This document shows, in pieces, positions 1 to 12,600 of a stretch of 33,252 nt of DNA. The notes under the pieces are model-generated. The model worked only from the letters and a program-made list of their open reading frames with translations, had not been told where the DNA came from and ran no database searches. Within the stretch, counting starts at the first letter, position 1; the number at the start of each line of letters is the position of its first letter. The stretch lies in NCBI GenBank assembly GCA_032718475.1, contig JAUCBJ010000017.1, positions 1-33,252 of the forward strand, given 5' to 3'. Both the position numbers and the translations under genes were made by a program. The DNA comes from Nemertoderma westbladi. Taxonomy: Eukaryota; Animalia; Xenacoelomorpha.

Positions 1-2531
1 TGTCAGCGGGATAAAGCTACTCCTAGAGGCTACAGGATAGATAACTTTCTTTGTTCCAATGAGCTACTGCTTGCTGATACATCGGCTAAATTTTCAGGTC
101 CTCCAATAACCTTCAGAGGACATGGACAGTCATACATCGACCATGTTATAACTAAGAACTACGGTATGGAAAACTTAGTGAACGGTGAAGTTCTGGCTGA
201 GGATCTCTGTAACAATTTATCAGATCATGTCCAAGTTCTGGCAAATTTCAGATTTAGGTTAGAGATTGAGACAAATAGAGTACGCCAAACATCAATACCC
301 ATAACTAAATTTGCATGGTTCCGAGCAACAAAATCACAGACTGAAGAATACAATAGGATTGTCAATGAGGGTATCAACAGTTTAAAATCTAGCATAACGT
401 TACATTACATGGAATGGACCTACTTGGACCTAGAAACATTCTCATCAGATCTACAGAACATTGTACTTGATGCTGCAACCAAAACACTCCCGAAGGTAAA
501 AAAGATAAAACTATCCAAGAATATTAGAATACGCTCTTCTGTTCTAAAGGCGAGGTGTAAGACAACAAAACAGCTATACCACTGTTGGTGTAAACAGGGG
601 AAACCTCCAGATAGCCCAGTAAAAGACTCGAAGCGGTCAGTAAAGAGACTAAGGAATTGGTTGGCTAAAATTACAGTCTCTCACAGAGTTAATTGCAATA
701 GCAAATTATTGAGAACCAATCCTAAGATGTTCTGGAATAAATTAAACCCAAAGGAAACAACAAATCCACCCGATAAGGTAATTGAAACAATAAGAACCCA
801 ACTGTCTGCTAACCACCAAAAAGCGAATGGCTATGATGATGCAATAGATCAACTCAAAAGGGATATTCTAAACGACTGCGATGCCAGAGACGACATCCCA
901 ACAATTACAGCTGCGGGTGTGAAAAGGGCTATTATGGCCATTTCAAAAGGAAAGGCGCCAGACATAGGATCGCTGACCATTGAACACATTCTGTCACTAG
1001 ACTCGGATATAAATGTGCAGAGCTCTCAAAGATTTACAATGCATGCATTGTTTTAGGTGAAACACCCTTACATTTTGGTCAGACAATAATAACTAGCCTA
1101 CACAAAGGCAAGGGCAGAAAAATAAATTTAGCAACTTCATATCGTCCGATCTCCACTGTCCGTCTTCTAGCAAAAATATTTGAATCCCTTCTGCTTCAAG
1201 AGTACTTATCGGCACCAAGTTTTATACATCCGTCACAGCTGGCATATCAACCTAAAATCGGGACTGATCTCATTCTCGGCGCTGTGCTGGAATGTCTGGA
1301 GTACCAGAGGCGATGTGGGAATACCATCTACTTATGCCAGCTGGATATTAAATCAGCTTTCGATAACGTTGACTACGTAATCTTGTTCAAGAAAATGAGA
1401 TTTCACATAAACCCATATATCTGCCGCATCATCCTGTCATATTATCTCCGCACTACCGCATTTTTAAAATTTGGAGGTGTGGTTGATGCCCGACCCATCA
1501 AGCTTACAAAGGGAGTGAAACAGGGTTCACTCCTCTCCCCAGCGTTGTTCATCCTGCATACGAGTGATGTCTTCAATGATGCGAGTTACAGTGGTCTTAG
1601 TTGCAATCTCAAGAACGTATGGCTCGGCGCTATTGCATATGCAGACGACATACTCATGTTTGGTAGATCCGCCACAGAATTAGAAAGATTAGTTGGTGTA
1701 ATCTCAGTAAAACTAAAGGATATCAATCTAGAAGTGGAAAGCTCTAAAACTAAATGGGTAGTCAGATCTGGAAAGGGATGCAATGAACACATTCCAAGTT
1801 TCATAAATATCAATAGCACTCTAGTGGCATCAAGTACATCGCTGCGATTTTTGGGCTTTAAGCTAAACTCTAGCATTGTAAAGAGCTACAATACATTATC
1901 CGATTGCAATCAGCTGATTACTATAATTGCGGAATCATTCCACAGGAGTTGGACAACCAGATGGATGGATACTTCAACATTGAGTCACATTTGGAGCAGC
2001 ATTGCAGTTCCAAAACTGGTTTACAGCATGAAATTCCTTGTTGAGTCACTCACCTCGGATGAATTACGTAGTCTAGACGCTCACTATAGGAAAGCGTTAC
2101 GTGGTCTTCTAGGTTTGGGAACCTATGCTAGCAACCAGATTGTATACGAGCTGATGAAATGCAAACCAATTACTAGCGAGTGTTATGGTGCCTGCATTGG
2201 ATCAATACTTAGGAGTGCATCTGTCCCCAACTGTGCCCTACAAGGCATTCTACGAATATCGCTGCAGCTAAATAGTAAGGATGAGACAAAATATTGTGGT
2301 ATTGGTGGTTCATACATAAACTGCAAAAAAACGTATAACGCGCCACACATTCATTCCATGTTAACATATGCATACAACACACGGCACTTGATTGAACGGT
2401 TGGGCTGTGGATCACTTACATTTTCGGAGATTATCCAAAGTAAATTTATATATGACTGTTATAAAATTAGATCAATTGACTCTTTTGCATCCAAACATAA
2501 GCGTATATTGAACTTTTTCAATGTTGTGTAA
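1..2531 (+). pseudogene. LINE ORF2 (APE-RT) with a single frameshift at ~990-1014
   Basis: The frame 1 ORF (1-1056) and frame 3 ORF (984-2531) join into one continuous EN-linker-RT protein: ...EHILSLDS / CAELSKIYNACIVLGETP...YRPIS. No other stop or shift was seen. Confidence 0.85.
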
Positions 2532-2876
2532 TAATGGTTCTCAATATAATAATGACTCTCTATTGCTCAACATGCGCATTTTATGTTTCCCTACAAATAT
2601 GACTTTATATATATTTACTATTTGCCGCAACGAATATGATTTTACCTATATTTACGATTGTTTTATATACTGGGTTTTAATCGGGCTCCGACTGTTTTAC
2701 CTATCACTATAATACTAGACCTTATGGTTTTATGTGTTAATAATTAATATGAACGTAATTTTACTTAGATGTCGTGATCGGTACTACGATTGTGCATTTA
2801 TGGTTCATCTATGGTTTTTATGTATACTTTATTGCCGGCATGACCGGACCTAATATAAATTGAAATTGAAATTGAA
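1..2876 (+). mobile_element. Non-LTR retrotransposon (LINE), APE endonuclease + reverse transcriptase ORF2, probably RTEX/L2-group; 5' part lies outside the window
   Basis: Frame 1 is open from base 1 and carries APE C-terminal motifs (TFRGHGQSYIDH, NNLSDHVQV) and GKAPD. Frame 3, open from 984, carries RT motifs (SYRPIS, LDIKSAFDNV, GVKQGSLLSPALF, YADD, LRFLG). A ~325-bp AT-rich 3' UTR ends in a (AAATTG)n tail at 2857-2876. The clade is inferred from motif resemblance only. Confidence 0.92.
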
Positions 2877-3512
2877 TTAGTGCCCGCGGGCAATAATGTC
2901 TCGCGGTCACTAACGTCCCCCATCCTGTAAAGGATTGTGGGACGTTAGCCACTAACCAGTGATGGTCTGATGGATGAGACTTTCTTTTCATAACGCCACC
3001 TTGCGGTTTATTTATTTATTTTCTCCCCCCGAGCAGATATTCAAGTTACTCCATAAATTATATTGGGTTCAATGTTTTACAATAATATATTATATATTTC
3101 GCGTATTTTGGGAAGTTAACTAAAATCGATTCACCAACTACCTTTTAATTGATTATTCTCTATTATTTCTAACTTGCATGTTACACAGATAAATAAATGT
3201 GCCGAGTTACAGATTTCACCCAAACCAACTTCCACCTCTAATATACATGTACAGTCGGCTACAGTACCTTAATTTTATATCGCCACTAATTGAATTCCAC
3301 CACAAATTAGATGATTTCACACCAAAAAAATTATTTAGCACCAAATATATTTTTTTGTAGCACCAATTTACATCCCCCAATTTTGAATATCTCTCTCACC
3401 AAAAACAATAAATCATTCACCCCCCAAAATAATAATTCATCCCCAAAAACAATTATTCACCGCCCCCCCCCCCCCCCCAAAAAAAAAATTATCCATCCCC
3501 CAAATAACTATT

Positions 3513-3625
3513 TAAGTGGTGGCATAAAAGTACGCTTTTTTTGTCGAGCGTTATTATTTTGGCGAGCTTAGCGAGACAAATAAGAAAGCAAGACAAAAAA
3601 ATGTTACTTTTTTTGCCACCACTTA
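3513..3625. repeat. ~113-bp imperfect palindrome (small foldback) directly flanking the 44-bp satellite
   Basis: TAAGTGGTGGCA (3513-3524) is the reverse complement of TGCCACCACTTA (3614-3625). Pairing continues inward with mismatches (AAAAGTA/TACTTTT, TTTTTTTGTC/GACAAAAAAA, TTATTT/AAATAA). Confidence 0.85.
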
Positions 3626-3630
3626 CGTCG

Positions 3631-6600
3631 TTGAGTAACTCAGAGCCTTAACTGCACTAACAATATATGTCTTAGTGAGTAACTCAGAGCCCTAACTGCA
3701 CTAACAATATATGTCTTAGTGAGTAACTCAGAGCCTTAACTGCACTAACAATATATGTCTTAGTGAGTAACTCAGAGCCCTAACTGCACTAACAATATAT
3801 GTCTTAGTGAGTAACTCAGAGCCCTAACTGCACTAACAATATATGTCTTAGTGAGTAACTCAAAGCCCTAACTGCACTAACAATATATGTCTTAGTGAGT
3901 AACTCAGAGCCCTAACTGCACTAACAATATATGTCTTAGTGAGTAACTCAGAGCCTTAACTGCACTAACAATATATGTCTTACTGAGTAACTCAGAGCCT
4001 TAACTGCACTAACAATATATGTCTTAGTGAGTAACTCAGAGCCTTAGCTGCACTAACAAAATATGTCTTAGTGAGTAACTCAGAGCCCTAACTGCACTAA
4101 CAATATATGTCTTAGTGAGTAACTCAGAGCCTTAACTGCACTAACAATATATGTCTTAGTGAGTAACTCAGAGCCTTAGCTGCACTAACAAAATATGTCT
4201 TAGTGAGTAACTCAGAGCCTTAACTGCACTAACAATATATGTCTTAGTGAGTAACTCAGAGCCTTAACTGCACTAACAATATATGTCTTAGTGAGTAACT
4301 CAGAGCCCTAACTGCACTAACAATATATGTCTTAGTGAGTAACTCAGAGCCATAACGGCACTAACAATATATGTCTTAGTGAGTAACTCAGAGCCTTAAC
4401 TGCACTAACAATATATGTCTTAGTGAGTAACTCAGAGCCTTAACTGCACTGTCTTAGTGAGTAACTCAGAGCCTTAACTGCACTAACAATATATGTCTTA
4501 GTGAGTAACTCAGAGCCTTAACTGCACTAACAATATATGTCTTAGTGAGTAACTCAGAGCCTTAACTGCACTAACAATATATGTCTTAGTGAGTAACTCA
4601 GAGCCTTAGCTGCACTAACAAAATATGTCTTAGTGAGTAACTCAGAGCCTTAACTGCACTAACAATATATGTCTTATTGAGTAACTCAGAGCCTTAGCTG
4701 CACTAACAAAATATGTCTTAGTGAGTAACTCAGAGCCTTAACTGCACTAACAATATATGTCTTAGTGAGTAACTCAGAGCCCTAACTGCACTAACAATAT
4801 ATGTCTTAGTGAGTAACTCAGAGCCCTAACTGCACTAACAATATATGTCTTAGTGAGTAACTCAGAGCCCTAACTGCACTAACAATATATGTCTTAGTGA
4901 GTAACTCAGAGCCCTAACTGCACTAACAATATATGTCTTAGTGAGTAACTCAGAGCCCTAACTGCACTAACAATATATGTCTTAGTGAGTAACTCAGAGC
5001 CTTAACTGCACTAACAATATATGTCTTAGTGAGTAACTCAGAGCCTTAGCTGCACTAACAATATGTCTTAGTGAGTAACTCAGAGCCTTAACTGCACTAA
5101 CAATATATGTCTTAGTGAGTAACTCAGAGCCCTAACTGCACTAACAATATATGTCTTAGCGAGTAACTCAGAGCCTTAACTGCACTAACAATATATGTCT
5201 TAGTGAGTAACTCAGAGCCTTAGCTGCACTAACAATATGTCTTAGTGAGTAACTCAGAGCCTTAACTGCACTAACAATATATGTCTTAGTGAGTAACTCA
5301 GAGCCCTAACTGCACTAACAATATATGTCTTAGTGAGTAACTCAGAGCCTTAACTGCACTAACAATATATGTCTTAGTGAGTAACTCAGAGCCTTAACTG
5401 CACTAACAATATATGTCTTAGTGAGTAACTCAGAGCCCTAACTGCACTAACAATATATGTCTTAGTGAGTAACTCAGAGCCTTAACTGCACTAACAATAT
5501 ATGTCTTAGTGAGTAACTCAGAGCCTTAACTGCACTAACAATATATGTCTTAGTGAGTAACTCAGAGCCTTAACTGCACTGTCTTAGTGAGTAACTCAGA
5601 GCCTTAACTGCACTAACAATATATGTCTTAGTGAGTAACTCAGAGCCTTAACTGCACTAACAATATATGTCTTAGTGAGTAACTCAGAGCCTTAACTGCA
5701 CTAACAATATATGTCTTAGTGAGTAACTCAGAGCCTTAACTGCACTAACAATATATGTCTTAGTGAGTAACTCAGAGCCCTAACTGCACTAACAATATAT
5801 GTCTTAGTGAGTAACTCAGAGCCTTAACTGCACTAACAATATATGTCTTAGTGAGTAACTCAGAGCCTTAACTGCACTAACAATATATGTCTTAGTGAGT
5901 AACTCAGAGCCCTAACTGCACTAACAATATATGTCTTAGTGAGTAACTCAGAGCCCTAACTGCACTAACAATATATGTCTTAGTGAGTAACTCAGAGCCT
6001 TAACTGCACTAACAATATATGTCTTAGTGAGTAACTCAGAGCCTTAACTGCACTAACAATATATGTCTTAGTGAGTAACTCAGAGCCCTAACTGCACTAA
6101 CAATATATGTCTTAGTGAGTAACTCAGAGCCTTAACTGCACTAACAATATATGTCTTAGTGAGTAACTCAGAGCCCTAACTGCACTAACAATATATGTCT
6201 TAGTGAGTAACTCAGAGCCCTAACTGCACTAACAATATATGTCTTAGTGAGTAACTCAGAGCCCTAACTGCACTAACAATATATGTCTTAGTGAGTAACT
6301 CAGAGCCCTAACTGCACTAACAATATATGTCTTAGTGAGTAACTCAGAGCCTTAACTGCACTAACAATATATGTCTTAGTGAGTAACTCAGAGCCTTAAC
6401 TGCACTAACAATATATGTCTTAGTGAGTAACTCAGAGCCTTAGCTGCACTAACAAAATATGTCTTAGTGAGTAACTCAGAGCCCTAACTGCACTAACAAT
6501 ATATGTCTTAGTGAGTAACTCAGAGCCTTAACTGCACTAACAATATATGTCTTAGTGAGTAACTCAGAGCCTTAGCTGCACTAACAAAATATGTCTTAGT

Positions 6601-9600
6601 GAGTAACTCAGAGCCTTAACTGCACTAACAATATATGTCTTAGTGAGTAACTCAGAGCCTTAACTGCACTAACAATATATGTCTTAGTGAGTAACTCAGA
6701 GCCCTAACTGCACTAACAATATATGTCTTAGTGAGTAACTCAGAGCCATAACGGCACTAACAATATATGTCTTAGTGAGTAACTCAGAGCCTTAACTGCA
6801 CTAACAATATATGTCTTAGTGAGTAACTCAGAGCCTTAACTGCACTGTCTTAGTGAGTAACTCAGAGCCTTAACTGCACTAACAATATATGTCTTAGTGA
6901 GTAACTCAGAGCCTTAACTGCACTAACAATATATGTCTTAGTGAGTAACTCAGAGCCTTAACTGCACTAACAATATATGTCTTAGTGAGTAACTCAGAGC
7001 CTTAGCTGCACTAACAAAATATGTCTTAGTGAGTAACTCAGAGCCTTAACTGCACTAACAATATATGTCTTATTGAGTAACTCAGAGCCTTAGCTGCACT
7101 AACAAAATATGTCTTAGTGAGTAACTCAGAGCCTTAACTGCACTAACAATATATGTCTTAGTGAGTAACTCAGAGCCTTAACTGCACTAACAATATATGT
7201 CTTAGTGAGTAACTCAGAGCCTTAACTGCACTAACAATATATGTCTTAGTGAGTAACTCAGAGCCCTAACTGCACTAACAATATATGTCTTAGTGAGTAA
7301 CTCAGAGCCCTAACTGCACTAACAATATATGTCTTAGTGAGTAACTCAGAGCCTTAGCTGCACTAACAAAATATGTCTTAGTGAGTAACTCAGAGCCTTA
7401 ACTGCACTAACAATATATGTCTTAGTGAGTAACTCAGAGCCCTAACTGCACTAACAATATATGTCTTAGTGAGTAACTCAGAGCCTTAACTGCACTAACA
7501 ATATATGTCTTATTGAGTAACTCAGAGCCTTAGCTGCACTAACAAAATATGTCTTAGTGAGTAACTCAGAGCCTTAACTGCACTAACAATATATGTCTTA
7601 GTGAGTAACTCAGAGCCTTAACTGCACTAACAATATATGTCTTAGTGAGTAACTCAGAGCCTTAACTGCACTAACAAAATATGTCTTAGTGAGTAACTCA
7701 GAGCCTTAGCTGCACTAACAAAATATGTCTTAGTGAGTAACTCAGAGCTATAACTGCACTAACAATATATGTCTTAGTGAGTAACTCAGAGCCTTAACTG
7801 CACTAACAATATATGTCTTAGTGAGTAACTCAGAGCCTTAACTGCACTAACAATATATGTCTTATTGAGTAACTCAGAGCCTTAGCTGCACTAACAAAAT
7901 ATGTCTTAGTGAGTAACTCAGAGCCTTAACTGCACTAACAATATATGTCTTAGTGAGTAACTCAGAGCCTTAACTGCACTAACAAAATATGTCTTAGTGA
8001 GTAACTCAGAGCCTTAACTGCACTAACAATATATGTCTTAGTGAGTAACTCAGAGCCTTAACTGCACTAACAATATATGTCTTAGTGAGTAACTCAGAGC
8101 CTTAACTGCACTAACAAAATATGTCTTAGTGAGTAACTCAGAGCCTTAGCTGCACTAACAAAATATGTCTTAGTGAGTAACTCAGAGCTATAACTGCACT
8201 AACAATATATGTCTTAGTGAGTAACTCAGAGCCTTAACTGCACTAACAATATATGTCTTAGTGAGTAACTCAGAGCCTTAACTGCACTAACAATATATGT
8301 CTTATTGAGTAACTCAGAGCCTTAGCTGCACTAACAAAATATGTCTTAGTGAGTAACTCAGAGCCTTAGCTGCACTAACAAAATATGTCTTAGTGAGTAA
8401 CTCAGAGCCTTAGCTGCACTAACAAAATATGTCTTAGTGAGTAACTCAGAGCTATAACTGCACTAACAATATATGTCTTAGTGAGTAACTCAGAGCCTTA
8501 ACTGCACTAACAATATATGTCTTAGTGAGTAACTCAGAGCCTTAACTGCACTAACAATATATGTCTTAGTGAGTAACTCAGAGCCTTAACTGCACTAACA
8601 ATATATGTCTTAGTGAGTAACTCAGAGCCTTAACTGCACTAACAATATATGTCTTAGTGAGTAACTCAGAGCCTTAACTGCACTAACAATATATGTCTTA
8701 GTGAGTAACTCAGAGCCTTAACTGCACTAACAATATATGTCTTAGTGAGTAACTCAGAGCCCTAACTGCACTAACAATATATGTCTTAGTGAGTAACTCA
8801 GAGCCTTAACTGCACTAACAATATATGTCTTAGTGAGTAACTCAGAGCCTTAGCTGCACTAACAAAATATGTCTTAGTGAGTAACTCAGAGCCTTAACTG
8901 CACTAACAATATATGTCTTCGTGAGTAACTCAGAGCCTTAACTGCACTGTCTTAGTGAGTAACTCAGAGCCCTAACTGCACTAACAATATATGTCTTAGT
9001 GAGTAACTCAGAGCCTTAACTGCACTAACAATATATGTCTTAGTGAGTAACTCAGAGCCTTAGCTGCACTAACAAAATATGTCTTAGTGAGTAACTCAGA
9101 GCCTTAACTGCACTAACAAAATATGTTTTCGTGAGTAACTCAGAGCCTTAACTGCACTAACAATATATGTCTTATTGAGTAACTCAGAGCCCTAACTGCA
9201 CTAACAATATATGTCTTAGTGAGTAACTCAGAGCCCTAACTGCACTAACAATATATGTCTTAGTGAGTAACTCAGAGCCTTAACTGCACTAACAATATAT
9301 GTCTTATTGAGTAACTCAGAGCCTTAACTGCACTAACAATATATGTCTTAGTGAGTAACTCAGAGCCTTAACTGCACTAACAATATATGTCTTAGTGAGT
9401 AACTCAGAGCCTTAACTGCACTAACAATATATGTCTTAGTGAGTAACTCAGAGCCTTAACTGCACTGTCTTATTGAGTAACTCAGAGCCTTAACTGCACT
9501 AACAATATATGTCTTAGTGAGTAACTCAGAGCCTTAACTGCACTAACAATATATGTCTTAGTGAGTAACTCAGAGCCTTAACTGCACTAACAATATATGT

Positions 9601-12600
9601 CTTAGTGAGTAACTCAGAGCCTTAACTGCACTAACAATATATGTCTTAGTGAGTAACTCAGAGCCTTAACTGCACTAACAATATATGTCTTATTGAGTAA
9701 CTCAGAGCCTTAACTGCACTAACAATATATGTCTTAGTGAGTAACTCAGAGCCTTAACTGCACTAACAATATATGTCTTAGTGAGTAACTCAGAGCCTTA
9801 ACTGCACTAACAATATATGTCTTAGTGAGTAACTCAGAGCCTTAACTGCACTAACAATATATGTCTTAGTGAGTAACTCAGAGCCTTAACTGCACTAACA
9901 ATATATGTCTTAGTGAGTAACTCAGAGCCTTAACTGCACTAACAATATATGTCTTAGTGAGTAACTCAGAGCCTTAACTGCACTAACAATATATGTCTTA
10001 GTGAGTAACTCAGAGCCTTAACTGCACTAACAATATATGTCTTAGTGAGTAACTCAGAGCCTTAACTGCACTAACAATATATGTCTTAGTGAGTAACTCA
10101 GAGCCTTAACTGCACTAACAATATATGTCTTAGTGAGTAACTCAGAGCCTTAACTGCACTAACAATATATGTCTTAGTGAGTAACTCAGAGCCTTAACTG
10201 CACTAACAATATATGTCTTAGTGAGTAACTCAGAGCCTTAACTGCAACTGTCTTATTGAGTAACTCAGAGCCTTAACTGCACTAACAATATATGTCTTAG
10301 TGAGTAACTCAGAGCCTTAACTGCACTAACAATATATGTCTTAGTGAGTAACTCAGAGCCTTAACTGCACTAACAATATATGTCTTAGTGAGTAACTCAG
10401 AGCCTTAACTGCACTAACAATATATGTCTTAGTGAGTAACTCAGAGCCTTAACTGCACTAACAATATATGTCTTAGTGAGTAACTCAGAGCCTTAACTGC
10501 ACTAACAATATATGTCTTAGTGAGTAACTCAGAGCCTTAACTGCACTAACAATATATGTCTTAGTGAGTAACTCAGAGCCTTAACTGCACTAACAATATA
10601 TGTCTTAGTGAGTAACTCAGAGCCTTAACTGCACTAACAATATATGTCTTAGTGAGTAACTCAGAGCCTTAACTGCACTAACAATATATGTCTTAGTGAG
10701 TAACTCAGAGCCTTAACTGCACTAACAATATATGTCTTAGTGAGTAACTCAGAGCCTTAACTGCACTAACAATATATGTCTTAGTGAGTAACTCAGAGCC
10801 TTAGCTGCACTAACAAAATATGTCTTAGTGAGTAACTCAGAGCCTTAACTGCACTAACAATATATGTCTTAGTGAGTAACTCAGAGCCTTAACTGCACTA
10901 ACAATATATGTCTTAGTGAGTAACTCAGAGCCTTAACTGCACTAACAATATATGTCTTAGTGAGTAACTCAGAGCCTTAACTGCACTAACAATATATGTC
11001 TTAGTGAGTAACTCAGAGCCTTAACTGCACTAACAATATATGTCTTAGTGAGTAACTCAGAGCCTTAACTGCACTAACAATATATGTCTTAGTGAGTAAC
11101 TCAGAGCCCTAACTGCACTAACAATATATGTCTTAGTGAGTAACTCAGAGCCTTAACTGCACTAACAATATATGTCTTAGTGAGTAACTCAGAGCCTTAA
11201 CTGCACTAACAATATATGTCTTAGTGAGTAACTCAGAGCCTTAACTGCACTAACAATATATGTCTTAGTGAGTAACTCAGAGCCTTAACTGCACTAACAA
11301 TATATGTCTTAGTGAGTAACTCAGAGCCTTAACTGCACTAACAATATATGTCTTATTGAGTAACTCAGAGCCTTAGCTGCACTAACAATATATGTCTTAT
11401 TGAGTAACTCAGAGCCTTAGCTGCACTAACAATATATGTCTTATTGAGTAACTCAGAGCCTTAGCTGCACTAACAATATATGTCTTATTGAGTAACTCAG
11501 AGCCTTAGCTGCACTAACAATATATGTCTTATTGAGTAACTCAGAGCCTTAGCTGCACTAACAATATATGTCTTATTGAGTAACTCAGAGCCTTAACTGC
11601 ACTAACAATATATGTCTTAGTGAGTAACTCAGAGCCTTAGCTGCACTAACAATATATGTCTTATTGAGTAACTCAGAGCCTTAACTGCACTAACAATATA
11701 TGTCTTATTGAGTAACTCAGAGCCTTAGCTGCACTAACAATATATGTCTTATTGAGTAACTCAGAGCCTTAACTGCACTAACAATATATGTCTTATTGAG
11801 TAACTCAGAGCCTTAACTGCACTAACAATATATGTCTTATTGAGTAACTCAGAGCCTTAACTGCACTAACAATATATGTGTTAGTGAGTAACTCAGAGCC
11901 TTAGCTGCACTAACAATATATGTCTTATTGAGTAACTCAGAGCCTTAACTGCACTAACAATATATGTCTTATTGAGTAACTCAGAGCCTTAGCTGCACTA
12001 ACAATATATGTCTTATTGAGTAACTCAGAGCCTTAACTGCACTAACAATATATGTGTTAGTGAGTAACTCAGAGCCTTAACTGCACTAACAATATATGTC
12101 TTATTGAGTAACTCAGAGCCTTAGCTGCACTAACAATATATGTCTTATTGAGTAACTCAGAGCCTTAGCTGCACTAACAATATATGTCTTATTGAGTAAC
12201 TCAGAGCCTTAACTGCACTAACAATATATGTCTTAGTGAGTAACTCAGAGCCTTAACTGCACTAACAATATATGTCTTAGTGAGTAACTCAGAGCCTTAA
12301 CTGCACTAACAATATATGTCTTAGTGAGTAACTCAGAGCCTTAACTGCACTAACAATATATGTCTTAGTGAGTAACTCAGAGCCTTAACTGCACTAACAA
12401 TATATGTCTTAGTGAGTAACTCAGAGCCTTAACTGCACTAACAATATATGTCTTATTGAGTAACTCAGAGCCTTAACTGCACTAACAATATATGTCTTAG
12501 TGAGTAACTCAGAGCCTTAGCTGCACTAACAATATATGTCTTAGTGAGTAACTCAGAGCCTTAACTGCACTGTCTTAGTGAGTAACTCAGAGCCTTAACT

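Noticed and set aside
3290-3505. 86-aa ORF and degenerate CACCCCCAAAA repeats
   Set aside because: Low-complexity sequence with poly-C/poly-A runs and no coding signal.
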